A stretch of 54,383 nucleotides of DNA, from the IMG/VR virus record IMGVR_UViG_3300008255_000013, positions 1 through 54,383 of that record; one strand, written 5' to 3'. Below the pieces are notes generated by a model that worked only from the letters and a program-made list of their open reading frames with translations, made no database searches and was not told where the DNA came from. Position 1 is the first letter of the stretch, and each line of letters begins with the position of its first letter. The position numbers were made by a program, and so were the translations under genes. Origin of the DNA: a virus. Taxonomy: Duplodnaviria > Caudoviricetes. Shown here one piece after another: positions 1 to 8,534 of this stretch.

Positions 1-123
1 ATCACCTGTAAATTGTAAACATATTGCTGGCTTTCCAGTCATGACCGATAAGGATCTCGCCAAAGAGTCAACATACTTTCCATTCACATGGATTTTGTTA
101 AATGTTATTGAAGAATGACGTGG
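1..123. repeat. Terminal direct repeat (identical to 54261-54383); circular-assembly overlap
   Basis: atcacctgta...gaatgacgtgg at 1-123 equals 54261-54383, and one ORF reads in frame through the join. Confidence 0.95.
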
Positions 124-522
124 GATAATCTGATCAATAGATGGGTATTTCATATCTGACATAAGTTTATAATTAACAACACCATCTATCATCTCTAAAT
201 TGATCCTCGTGGCATCGACACTGCATGGCACTCTCGTTCCCTCTACCCCAAACCCACTTAGGAATTTTGACTTGCACACGAGACCAACAAGAAAAGATGG
301 CAATATAATATCCAAACCTCGATAATCATCATAGTCGTAATCAAGAATAGGCATCTCCGATTCAACACGAACGGCAATATGACCATTTGTAGCCTCATAA
401 ATAATAACGCCATCCCTCTCAAATACGTGGATGCCGCATAAATACGGTCTTACATCATCACTTGACATGGCAGGTGCACATGATCTGATTGATTGAATGT
501 CTAAATCTAATAAACTGGTCAT
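1..522 (-). CDS. DNA polymerase III beta-clamp (DnaN)-like protein, 5' part; continues across the junction to 54093 (about 229 aa in total)
   Basis: Manual translation from ATG at 522 (AAGGA RBS): MTSLLDLDIQSIRSCAPAMSSDDVRPYLCGIHVFERDGVIIYEATNGHIAVR...YPSIDQIIP. These match the DnaN R.YL.G, ATDGH and FPdy..vIP motifs. In frame with ORF 54093..54347. Confidence 0.75.
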   Translation of the reverse strand, partial: MTSLLDLDIQSIRSCAPAMSSDDVRPYLCGIHVFERDGVIIYEATNGHIAVRVESEMPILDYDYDDYRGLDIILPSFLVGLVCKSKFLSGFGVEGTRVPCSVDATRINLEMIDGVVNYKLMSDMKYPSIDQIIPRHSSITFNKIHVNGKYVDSLARSLSVMTGKPAICLQFTGD

Positions 523-541
523 AAGAATATCCTTTTGTTTG

Positions 542-1159
542 TTATTGGTTGAATTTTTGCCACTCTTGTGGAAACACTATCGGCTTCATGCCCATATCTT
601 TTAATTGCTGGTTTGTTCTTCTCGCTAAGAGATACTTCTTTATGGGAAACCCATCAAGAATATAATTTCCAGCTTTTACTTTAAGGCGCATATCCCAAGC
701 CGCATCAAGGGCATCAACAACCTGATTATTGTCGGCGGTTTTTGTGTAAAAAAAATCACTTGGACTTGGGTTGTAATGCTCCTCAACATTATTTGTTTTC
801 TTCATTGACCTAGCTTCAAGGAGTTTTTTTATTTTCTTGCCAACGCTTATTGCCGTTGCACCATTTCCAATAAATGACGCTATATCCGTAGAAGAATAAC
901 ATTTATCGTACATTTCCATGACGATCTCGCACTCTTTTTCAGAGTAATCATTTTGTGTTTTTTTGTCTCTCTTTTTAGTCCAATTTTTTTCTGATCTGTC
1001 ATTGGCAAAAAGACCAAGTTTATTCATTTTGACATAGAACGATTTGGGATTTCTCTTAAGAACTTTTGCCATATGGTCGAATGAATATCCTGCATTATAC
1101 ATTCTTCGTATTCTTGTTATTTCTTCTTTTGTGTAAGAACCTGTCACATATAGCATCAT
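542..1159 (-). CDS. Tandem HTH (GcrA N-terminal/Myb-like) DNA-binding protein
   Basis: Two repeats, YTKEEITRIRRMYNAGYSFDHMAKVL and YSEKECEIVMEMYDKCYSSTDIASFI; GGAG RBS before ATG 1159. Confidence 0.6.
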   Translation of the reverse strand: MMLYVTGSYTKEEITRIRRMYNAGYSFDHMAKVLKRNPKSFYVKMNKLGLFANDRSEKNWTKKRDKKTQNDYSEKECEIVMEMYDKCYSSTDIASFIGNGATAISVGKKIKKLLEARSMKKTNNVEEHYNPSPSDFFYTKTADNNQVVDALDAAWDMRLKVKAGNYILDGFPIKKYLLARRTNQQLKDMGMKPIVFPQEWQKFNQ

Positions 1160-1197
1160 AATAACTCCCAATAAGAATAATGCCTAATTTGACTCTT

Positions 1198-1836
1198 TCA
1201 GTCAATAGGTTCAGCCAAATATTTATCCGTTTCATTGCCATGACAATCCCAGCCATTCCTCCTGGTTCTGGCAAACAACTCCAAATAAGGTCCATCAAAT
1301 AACTCCATAAGCATTAAAGGCACTTCATCTGGCTTCCTGCTATGTTCCCTTGCCATTGACGCTATAGTGATCCCGATATCGTTCAAATTATCAGGCATTT
1401 CCCCAGTAAACACAGAATTTCTTGTGGATCTGTTTTTAACCCTCGGCTTTCCTTTTATGCCAATGATAAATGGCTCTGACGATGATCTAAAATAATAGCC
1501 AGTACCGAACCCTTGTTTTCCGTGCTTCGTTGTTTTATTCCAAGACCCACCCGATATTCTATTAAATCCCCAAACCTTCATTAAATCCATTGCTTGCTGT
1601 AGGTGATCAATTCCATTTTTAGGATCAGCCGCCCATGTCGTCCACATAAATAAAACGCAATCAGTCGATGTCCGAAAAATAATATCATCTCTCATTAAGA
1701 TTAGTTCTTGAAAAGTCATGCCAGAATAATGCTTGTGCGCACCTTTTTCATGCCCTTTTTCCGAATACATCTGATACAACCAAGGTGGATCAGCCATAAT
1801 AACGCCATATTGCTTGTCAATGTCACCAAACATCAA
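1198..1836 (-). CDS. MT-A70 family N6-adenine methyltransferase
   Basis: YGVIMADPPW catalytic motif, LFMWTT, REHSRKP and YLELFAR...GW...GNE. Confidence 0.92.
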   Translation of the reverse strand: MMFGDIDKQYGVIMADPPWLYQMYSEKGHEKGAHKHYSGMTFQELILMRDDIIFRTSTDCVLFMWTTWAADPKNGIDHLQQAMDLMKVWGFNRISGGSWNKTTKHGKQGFGTGYYFRSSSEPFIIGIKGKPRVKNRSTRNSVFTGEMPDNLNDIGITIASMAREHSRKPDEVPLMLMELFDGPYLELFARTRRNGWDCHGNETDKYLAEPID

Positions 1837-1960
1837 TCATCGTTCCATTCTTCTTGCAAGGCTCGTGCTTTTTTTAACTGCTCCCAAACAAAATGTGACC
1901 TCGTTGCCATGATTGCAATATTAATCGCAAGAAGAGATGCCCTATCAAGTATAAAATTTA

Positions 1961-2305
1961 TCACGAGAAATTATCCTTTGTGGTTATGTGCCAGCAATGA
2001 CAGAATGGGCAATTGTAAACAGAGAAATTCTTATCAAACTTCTCGGCAGTTTTTATTGCTTGACCTTTTGTGTTAAATGACTTTTTTTTCTTACACATTG
2101 AGTCATAAATATGGTTTAGCTTGCCATAATTTGGTTGTCTTGATTCCAGCCCTTTAATTTTTTTATTCAAACCCAATACCTCTTGGTGCAAGGACTGATT
2201 TTTTGACCTTAATGTCTGATTTGCATTATTCAATTGTAAAATTATGGTATGTAAGTTCTTGTTTTTCTCTAATAGATTCTTTACTTGTCTTTCCGTGTTG
2301 TTCAT
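1961..2305 (-). CDS. Coiled-coil protein with C-terminal Cys/His Zn-binding motif
   Basis: Heptad-rich N-terminus; C..K..F...A and YNCPFCHCWHIT at the C-terminus. Confidence 0.65.
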   Translation of the reverse strand: MNNTERQVKNLLEKNKNLHTIILQLNNANQTLRSKNQSLHQEVLGLNKKIKGLESRQPNYGKLNHIYDSMCKKKKSFNTKGQAIKTAEKFDKNFSVYNCPFCHCWHITTKDNFS

Positions 2306-2371
2306 TTTCGCTATGAGCCCTTTTTTTAAAAATTTCAATAATCTAACCCCAACATGGGCTATGTTAATATT

Positions 2372-2629
2372 TCATTGGAGTTCCTCAAACGAAAACTTAT
2401 AATCATCGGGCAATGGTATCCAATAAAGGTAATTGTCCATGGTTTCGCTAAAATCATCCATACCATCTGCGCTTAAATAGAGTGGATCACCTGTTAATGC
2501 GTCATCTATCCTAAGATAAAGGTTAGCCCCACTACCATCATCGTATAAGGCGATAAACTTTTGCCCAACGTCTGGCAAGCGTTCGTTAAAAAATATCATG
2601 TGTTGTTTAATGTTCATTACTTTATCCAT
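2372..2629 (-). CDS. Hypothetical protein, DUF551-like
   Basis: ERLP...YWIPLP pattern; lies in the leftward operon. Confidence 0.55.
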   Translation of the reverse strand: MDKVMNIKQHMIFFNERLPDVGQKFIALYDDGSGANLYLRIDDALTGDPLYLSADGMDDFSETMDNYLYWIPLPDDYKFSFEELQ

Positions 2630-2828
2630 TATCGCCCCTTTTTGTATATAATATTTATCATTGTGTTAGTTATTCCGTATCATGATTCTTTTACCTCAAT
2701 TGAAACTGAATGATCGCAATCCTCAAGAGCTTGCATGATATAAATTAATGCGTATTTCATAAGAATGTCTCGCGTAGGTGCGTCCATGGAGCTGTATATT
2801 TCGTTGTCTTTTTTCACTGTTATATTAA

Positions 2829-3296
2829 TCATGTGTCACTCCATTCATGCCCTGTTGCTTCGTTTATGGGTGGCAGTGTCTCGTCCGCCGTACACAAATT
2901 ATCTTGTGTATTCTGATTTCGCTTTTGTCGTACGCTAATTTCTGGCAATATAACATAACCCTCTTTGGTAAATTGCAAGGGCGGTGCTGGGCAAGGGTCG
3001 CACTTGAAATCAATATTACCATCAACACCGCCAAACCAAACGCCCGCACCACCGCATCTGTGACATGCGGTCTTAGGCTTACACTCATACCCACTTGCAT
3101 CGCATATGTGGGGACTATCTCCATATTTGCTATGTATGACCATTTCCCCCATGTGGGGAATATGGTCGGCTGAATAATCGAGGGCGGCTAAAATATCCTC
3201 TGCGTAGCTCATTGATACTGGGCATCGGGAGTTTTCAGCTATCCATTTCAGTTTCTTATGCGTATCCGTATCAATCGTCACTGTTATTTTTGGCAT
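2829..3296 (-). CDS. Hypothetical protein with CxxC zinc-binding motifs
   Basis: CHRCGGAG and CDPC; GAGGAG RBS before ATG 3296. Confidence 0.6.
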   Translation of the reverse strand: MPKITVTIDTDTHKKLKWIAENSRCPVSMSYAEDILAALDYSADHIPHMGEMVIHSKYGDSPHICDASGYECKPKTACHRCGGAGVWFGGVDGNIDFKCDPCPAPPLQFTKEGYVILPEISVRQKRNQNTQDNLCTADETLPPINEATGHEWSDT

Positions 3297-3582
3297 TTTG
3301 TTTCTCCTCTTTTTGTGCTTTAATGTGTTCAAGTAAATCCTCCAAAACTTGAATTAAATAATCTCTTTTTGGCGGGTATCCCCAAAGGGCGCGCTCTTTT
3401 GATATTGCGTCAGCTTGAAAACAAAACGGAGAGGCGTAAGGCGAATAATTTTTACTATGGACGTGCTGTAATTCACTAGCAATACAATATAACACCTCTG
3501 CTTGCGTTTTACTATCAGCTCTAGCAAAAGCATAACCAATATCGTAAGGATTTATTGTTACTGTTATTTCTCGCTTAATCAT
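3271..3582 (-). CDS. Hypothetical phage protein
   Basis: GGAG RBS; overlaps neighbouring genes in the operon. Confidence 0.6.
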   Translation of the reverse strand: MIKREITVTINPYDIGYAFARADSKTQAEVLYCIASELQHVHSKNYSPYASPFCFQADAISKERALWGYPPKRDYLIQVLEDLLEHIKAQKEEKQNAKNNSDD

Positions 3583-3859
3583 AGATAACTCCCCGTGCTT
3601 TTTTTAAGATGTCTCTAGCATCTTTAAAATCACTTTTTTGGCAACATTCAGAACCGTCTTGCAGGGTCGCCACACTATCAATAATATTATTAAGAATACT
3701 GTAAAGCTCTGGAGCGCAAGATATAAGCCTTGCATCATGAAAGTGTCTACATGAACCCCCATAAGTTGAAAAACCAATAACCGTTTCATTATCTGCGCTC
3801 AACACATGGGAGTGCCCCATAACCTCTCTTAATTTCCAAGGTGCTCTACTAATTTTCAT
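3575..3859 (-). CDS. Small phage protein of the 'PW...ARLIaaAPEL' type
   Basis: RAPWKL...DARLISCAPELYSIL motif; ATGA overlap with the upstream gene. Confidence 0.65.
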   Translation of the reverse strand: MKISRAPWKLREVMGHSHVLSADNETVIGFSTYGGSCRHFHDARLISCAPELYSILNNIIDSVATLQDGSECCQKSDFKDARDILKKARGVIYD

Positions 3860-4146
3860 GCCTTTTTCATCCTTCCTGTTGCCACCATAACGCCCAAACA
3901 ACGATTAAACCCTATATCCTCGTAATAGGTTCTTATGTCGTGAGGAATGTACATATCTTTATTTGGTAAAATAATATCATTTTTTAGTTCATCACAATAA
4001 GGAATACAAACTACAACGTGACATTCTGCTATTTCTTTTAATAAGTTTTCAATTTTACTGGCTGGACACTCAAAGTCTAATGACTTAAGTGGCTCAAATC
4101 TTTTAAACCAATCAAGACATTCTTTTGCATGAAGTCTATGCATCAC
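3856..4146 (-). CDS. Hypothetical phage protein
   Basis: GGGGAG RBS and operonic packing. Confidence 0.55.
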   Translation of the reverse strand: MMHRLHAKECLDWFKRFEPLKSLDFECPASKIENLLKEIAECHVVVCIPYCDELKNDIILPNKDMYIPHDIRTYYEDIGFNRCLGVMVATGRMKKA

Positions 4147-4273
4147 TCCCCCTTAATCATTGCAAGTTGCTGTAATTCAAAATCAGTCATAACTGTACCA
4201 ATCGTTGTCATACTTGGGTTTGGCTTTACGAAACTCGGTTGTGACATATCGTTCGGGATTGTGTCGTATCTGG

Positions 4274-4798
4274 TCATTGCGCTTCCTTAATCTTTGCAAT
4301 CGCGTTGAGGGCGGCTTCTGTTCTCAAGAAACCTTCACGCGCGGCGATAGCTTCCAATTCTGTTTTGTATATGCCAAGAAATAGATATTCTCCCATAATA
4401 GAGCCAGAGGCTTCCCACCTGTCGCACGTTTCCCTTTTTCTAACTCCTGCTTTTTTACCGCTCAATCTTTCATGGTATAAAATGTGGTTTTGTCTATGCG
4501 AAACGTATTGGAGATTACTAAGGCGGTTATCGTCTTTAATGCCGTTGATATGGTCAACGTGTAAATCTGACTTTCCTATAAACGCGGCACAAACAAGCCT
4601 ATGTATAGAAAAGCTGTTTTCTCCATGTGGGGCGTTTGATAAAAGAACAAAGGTGTACCCTTTTCTATATGAAGGCTTCATAAGTTTATTTCTTTTGTGT
4701 GAATAAACTCTACCAAGGTTTGAAACCTCATATTTCCCATTGTATCCATCAATGGGCTTCCATTCTTCACCTTGTTGTGTTATATCAGTTAAAGTCAT
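4274..4798 (-). CDS. NUMOD4-HNH homing endonuclease with AP2-like C-terminus
   Basis: EEWKPIDGYNGKYEVSNLGRV (NUMOD4); HRLV...VDHINGIKDDNRLSNL (HNH); FLGIYKTELEAIAAR (AP2-like). Confidence 0.92.
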   Translation of the reverse strand: MTLTDITQQGEEWKPIDGYNGKYEVSNLGRVYSHKRNKLMKPSYRKGYTFVLLSNAPHGENSFSIHRLVCAAFIGKSDLHVDHINGIKDDNRLSNLQYVSHRQNHILYHERLSGKKAGVRKRETCDRWEASGSIMGEYLFLGIYKTELEAIAAREGFLRTEAALNAIAKIKEAQ

Positions 4799-4874
4799 AG
4801 CGAACTCACTTTCGTTAATGATTAGAGGGGGCTAGGTGTTCGCGCACCAAGCCTCTGTTGTTTTATTGGTCATC

Positions 4875-5489
4875 TCACTCTCCTATAAGTTCAAGTTTAT
4901 AGCGCTTACCATCAATGACAACCTCTTTGCCGTTGCAAGTAACGTCTTTTGATTTGGTAATAATAAGCTCACCATAGCAAATATCTCCAGAAATAAGTTC
5001 TTCACACTTAATTTGCATCTCTTCTTTATTCGGTAATCTGTATAAACAGAGACCAGCAAAAATACGAAATCCAGATGATAAGGTTTTACACGTGATGCCA
5101 GAACCAGCCTCGATGCCCCAACCAGCCGTGATGCCAGAACCAGCCTCGATGCCCTCACCAGCCTCGATGCCCCAACCAGCCTCGATGCCCCAACCAGCCT
5201 TGATGCCAGAACCAGCCTTGATACCCAAACCAGCCTTGATGCCATCACCAGCCTCGATGCCCTCACCAGCCTTGATGCCCTCACCAGCCTCGATGCCCTA
5301 ACCAGCCTCGATGCCAGAACCAGCCTCGGCTAATATTGATAAAGACGCACACAGCGCACCCTTAAACTTGACACGCCCAAGACCGCCTGAAATCTTAATG
5401 TGACCTGCGTAGTTCTCTACATCATCTTTACCAATATAATAATTGTCTTTATCTAAATCTTTCTTAGTAATTAAAAGTGTTTTTTCCAT
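4875..5489 (-). pseudogene. Hexapeptide-repeat (GI[E/K/T]AGx) beta-helix-like protein interrupted by an in-frame TAG at 5298-5300
   Basis: ORFs 5298..5489 and 4875..5228 are in the same frame, and the repeat continues unbroken past the TAG; GGAG RBS at the 5489 start. Confidence 0.75.
5092..5328. repeat. 18-bp tandem repeat array, 12 full units plus partial units
   Basis: Minus-strand unit GGC ATC (G/A)AG GCT GGT NNN; last codons are TAG,GAG,GAG,GAT,TTG,TCT,TGG,TGG,GAG,TCT,TGG,TCT. Confidence 0.95.
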
Positions 5490-5490
5490 C

Positions 5491-5652
5491 TTATTTTTCT
5501 CCTTCGTTTGTTAATAATGGTAGTTGTTCAATCCGTTGCACATCACGCATGGCAAAGTGATACGCCATAAATCCACTGGCAACCAACGTCACCGCGAATA
5601 TGCTAGATAAAAAACACAATAGAATTGTGGTGTATGGGTTAAGGCGTTTCAT
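5491..5652 (-). CDS. Small membrane protein (53 aa)
   Basis: Manual translation MKRLNPYTTILLCFLSSIFAVTLVASGFMAYHF...; AAGGAG RBS. Confidence 0.55.
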   Translation of the reverse strand: MKRLNPYTTILLCFLSSIFAVTLVASGFMAYHFAMRDVQRIEQLPLLTNEGEK

Positions 5653-5926
5653 TGTTTGACTCCTTTGGCGGTTCTGGTAATGGCTTCCAGTGGGTTACGG
5701 CATCTATTTTCCAAGTTTGATTGATTCTCAAACGCCAAACATTGTTAAGCCCATATCGAAAAAACTTGCCAGTGCGTACATCATAACCATCTTTCTTTGG
5801 CTTTCTTAAAAGAATGAATGACCCATCTTTAGGCGCGGTGGTTATAGGTTGCCACCCATTTTCCAAAAGATGATCGTGAGGCTTTTTTAGGTTTGTTTTG
5901 TGCAATTTCACTGTGGATTCAGTCAT
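5639..5926 (-). CDS. DUF551 domain protein
   Basis: WQPITTAPKDGSFILL...VTHWKPLPEPP. Confidence 0.8.
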   Translation of the reverse strand: MTESTVKLHKTNLKKPHDHLLENGWQPITTAPKDGSFILLRKPKKDGYDVRTGKFFRYGLNNVWRLRINQTWKIDAVTHWKPLPEPPKESNNETP

Positions 5927-6357
5927 ACCGCTATCCAAACAGTTTCATTATTTCCGTTTGCGTTTACTCTTTTTAAGCCGCTATTGGCTATATACCCAGC
6001 CTTGAATAGTTCGGTGCATCTTGGCTTCGCAGTGTATAAATTAATCTTTAATATTTCCGAAACTTCTGATCCAGTCGCCCCATGAGAACCCTTCGATCTT
6101 ATGAGTGACAAAACAGATGTCCTTAGTGCGGTCATTTTTAACTCAATATTCTTTGCCGCATCTTTGGAAGATTCATTGTGGGGCGCATAAGGCGCAGTAT
6201 CAGGCATATGCCCCCTAGATTTTAATAGATTATCAAACCTATCGGCTACAACACCCATAAGACCATCTTGACCGAGCCATAAATATTTAGGATCTTTGCT
6301 TCTCAATGCCTGTATTAATTCATGATTTGATAAGTCGGTGGCTTTCTTCATAGTCAT
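5923..6357 (-). CDS. Winged-helix DNA-binding protein
   Basis: GATGSEVSEIL...TAKPRCTELFKAGYI..SG.KR...G...TVW, a common phage wHTH pattern. Confidence 0.75.
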   Translation of the reverse strand: MTMKKATDLSNHELIQALRSKDPKYLWLGQDGLMGVVADRFDNLLKSRGHMPDTAPYAPHNESSKDAAKNIELKMTALRTSVLSLIRSKGSHGATGSEVSEILKINLYTAKPRCTELFKAGYIANSGLKRVNANGNNETVWIAV

Positions 6358-7361
6358 AGCATTTCCCCTGTTGATTCATTGTTGATTGATTTTTTCTTAT
6401 CTTCAATAATATTGAAAATATAGTTATACGATGCCATTGAGGCTTGTTTGATAAATTCTATATCATCGGCTCTGTCGTTCAGAACGCGCATAACATCGCT
6501 CTCAAACTCGCAATCCTTGACATCTCTAATAATATCAGCACACTTTGATTTTACCAAAGTCTCTTGATCAGACTGCACACTTTGACTGGCTAAGAAATAA
6601 CCAACACTTTCATCAAGCTGTTCTGTCCGTTTAAACATGTCAGTGATTGGCTTCTCGTCACCATATTCGTTTATTCGTGATGACTTGGCTGTCCAATCAG
6701 GCTTGCCCATTGATCCTAGAGGCAATATGATAGAAATGCCCATTTCATAGAAATACTCTTCTGCACCAATCGGCGATAAGCCTTCCTTGATATATTCTAT
6801 TTTGCCATTGACTTTGACAAGGTCAATTTTCTCTTTGGCTCTAAAGCAAAGGATTACATGACACTTAGTTCTTGATAGAGTATAGCTAATTAATCTCTTG
6901 CGCCCACTTTTAGCAGGTCCCCATGCATTGATCTGGATCTTCTCACGCTCCTTATAATTTTTTACGTCAATGTTTCTTGCTCGCAATCTCTCGTTAATGT
7001 ACTCCTCGTGCATCTCCACAACACCACCAGGACCTTCGTGCTCATGACTCATGCTGTCAATAATAATAACATCCCCCTCTCCGTAGCCATTTTTCTCTGC
7101 AAACTGGATTGCTTTATCGTATCGTTCTGGCGAGAATGGTGGATCAAGAGATAAATGGTTAAACGAAAAAGCGTTGGCATAAGTCAAAGACCTCTTATTT
7201 TCTGTGTCAATAAAACAGATTTTGCCCTTTGATTTTTTCACTATCCCTGTGGCTATCCGAAGGGCACTCGTGGTTTTTCCTGATGCTTGTGGACCAGCTA
7301 TAGCTATAAGAAGCCTTGTATTTATTGGTCTTGCTCTTGATATAGAAAAATCTGATGTCAT
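6354..7361 (-). CDS. Sak4-like AAA ATPase (ssDNA-annealing recombinase)
   Basis: Walker A GPQASGKT, IDTE and Walker B IIIDSMSHE; directly downstream of an exonuclease gene. Confidence 0.8.
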   Translation of the reverse strand: MTSDFSISRARPINTRLLIAIAGPQASGKTTSALRIATGIVKKSKGKICFIDTENKRSLTYANAFSFNHLSLDPPFSPERYDKAIQFAEKNGYGEGDVIIIDSMSHEHEGPGGVVEMHEEYINERLRARNIDVKNYKEREKIQINAWGPAKSGRKRLISYTLSRTKCHVILCFRAKEKIDLVKVNGKIEYIKEGLSPIGAEEYFYEMGISIILPLGSMGKPDWTAKSSRINEYGDEKPITDMFKRTEQLDESVGYFLASQSVQSDQETLVKSKCADIIRDVKDCEFESDVMRVLNDRADDIEFIKQASMASYNYIFNIIEDKKKSINNESTGEML

Positions 7362-7386
7362 AATTACTTCCTTTTTTATTTATGTG

Positions 7387-7467
7387 TTCCACTGCCGCGC
7401 CAATCTAGATGGCTCTATAAGTTTTGGAGGTCTTTAAAACAACCAAATAGAATAGCGCAGCAGTGAA
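7387..7467 (-). ncRNA. Long imperfect RNA hairpin between the exonuclease and Sak4 genes
   Basis: Minus strand CACUGCUGCGC pairs with GCGCGGCAGUG, extending to about 25 bp with G-U pairs and three mismatches; inner GUUUU/AAAAC stem. Confidence 0.5.
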
Positions 7468-7484
7468 ATCGTTTTCAACAATGA

Positions 7485-8471
7485 TTAACCAGCCATAGCC
7501 ACGTCAATCACGCGAGTCTCTTTATCGTTTTCTCTTGATTTTATAATATCGGCTTCCTGCTCTTCCTCTATCCACTTGTTCTCAATCCAAGGCGGTGGGC
7601 AAGCCCTAACTGTGTATGGAGGGTACCCCTTCCAAACGCCTGTTTTGATGCACTCAATGAACTTTGCTCGACCAAAATTATAACGATCCTCAACCTCTTT
7701 TCTGTACGATGGGGATATCTCGTAAATTCTTACCAAGAATGGTTCTTTGGTTTGTTGGACAACAAATATAAAGCGACAATCATTTTTACCATTTGTGAGT
7801 AAGCCGTTTGCAACTTTCCTGTAGTGCGGATCTTGCAAATATTTCTCTCTCCATAGTTCATTTTTTTCCCAACTATCAAACGATAATCCAGTTGTTTTAT
7901 AATCTACAATCAGATTTTCAATGAACTCCCCATTTGGGGCGTTATAATTCGAAACAAGCCAGTCAGTCCTTGCTCTATTCCAGATATCGCCATCAAAATA
8001 AAACATCGACTGCTCTGCCAACCCTTCGTTAAATACACCAGCCCAATCACAATGCTCATTGATCTGCTCTAACAATCGCATCTTCATAATCTTGACATCG
8101 TCAATTATTGATTTGGTGGAATTGTTTAAAGGTATTTTGCCACGCGCCTTAATATCATCACGAACATTTTGTGAATCTTTGGTGCGCCAATTATCAAATG
8201 GTGCAATCTCAAACAAACCCTCGCCGCCTGATAACACATAGTCGTGGGCAATAGATCCGAGAGCCATGCTATCCGACTGCCTATCCTCTTTGCCGACATT
8301 GAGTCTCTTAATTGTTGCCTTTGCCTCAATTTCTGTTCCCTCAATCAGGGCAGTTAAGGTCGTTGAAGATAGCGATGTGCTTTCCGCAAACCCATCTAAA
8401 TATGGGGTTGGGTCAGAATGATACACATCTTCTGGCATTTTATCTACGATACAATTTTCAGTTATTTTCAT
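7485..8471 (-). CDS. PD-(D/E)XK exonuclease, RecE/ExoVIII-like (DUF3799-like)
   Basis: YH.DP...LSST, LGSIAH, RARTDWL, IVDYKTT and YLQDPHY. Confidence 0.85.
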   Translation of the reverse strand: MKITENCIVDKMPEDVYHSDPTPYLDGFAESTSLSSTTLTALIEGTEIEAKATIKRLNVGKEDRQSDSMALGSIAHDYVLSGGEGLFEIAPFDNWRTKDSQNVRDDIKARGKIPLNNSTKSIIDDVKIMKMRLLEQINEHCDWAGVFNEGLAEQSMFYFDGDIWNRARTDWLVSNYNAPNGEFIENLIVDYKTTGLSFDSWEKNELWREKYLQDPHYRKVANGLLTNGKNDCRFIFVVQQTKEPFLVRIYEISPSYRKEVEDRYNFGRAKFIECIKTGVWKGYPPYTVRACPPPWIENKWIEEEQEADIIKSRENDKETRVIDVAMAG

Positions 8472-8501
8472 TTTAAAGCCTCCTTTTGACTATATAACCT
8501 A

Positions 8502-8529
8502 TAATAACCCATTGACTTAATTTGTCAAT
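8502..8529 (-). promoter_or_regulatory. Sigma70-type promoter with ATTGAC-N7-GTCAAT palindrome (copy 1)
   Basis: Minus strand TTGACA-16-TATTAT upstream of an AAGGAGG RBS; palindrome at 8511-8529. Confidence 0.7.
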
Positions 8530-8534
8530 AGGGT

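Noticed and set aside
4883-5284. ASRLV-repeat ORF and the antisense MPxPAS-repeat ORF (5092..5301)
   Set aside because: They are alternative frames of the 18-bp array; the GIxAG frame carries the RBS-bearing start and the unique N- and C-termini
5298-5300. Genome-wide TAG reassignment (alternative genetic code)
   Set aside because: TAG terminates several well-defined genes (13390, 30745, 34867, 43776), other genes are not fragmented, and no suppressor tRNA was seen
5092-5328. CRISPR array or diversity-generating retroelement target
   Set aside because: The units are contiguous 18-mers that keep a coding frame, with no spacers; no cas or reverse-transcriptase gene was seen
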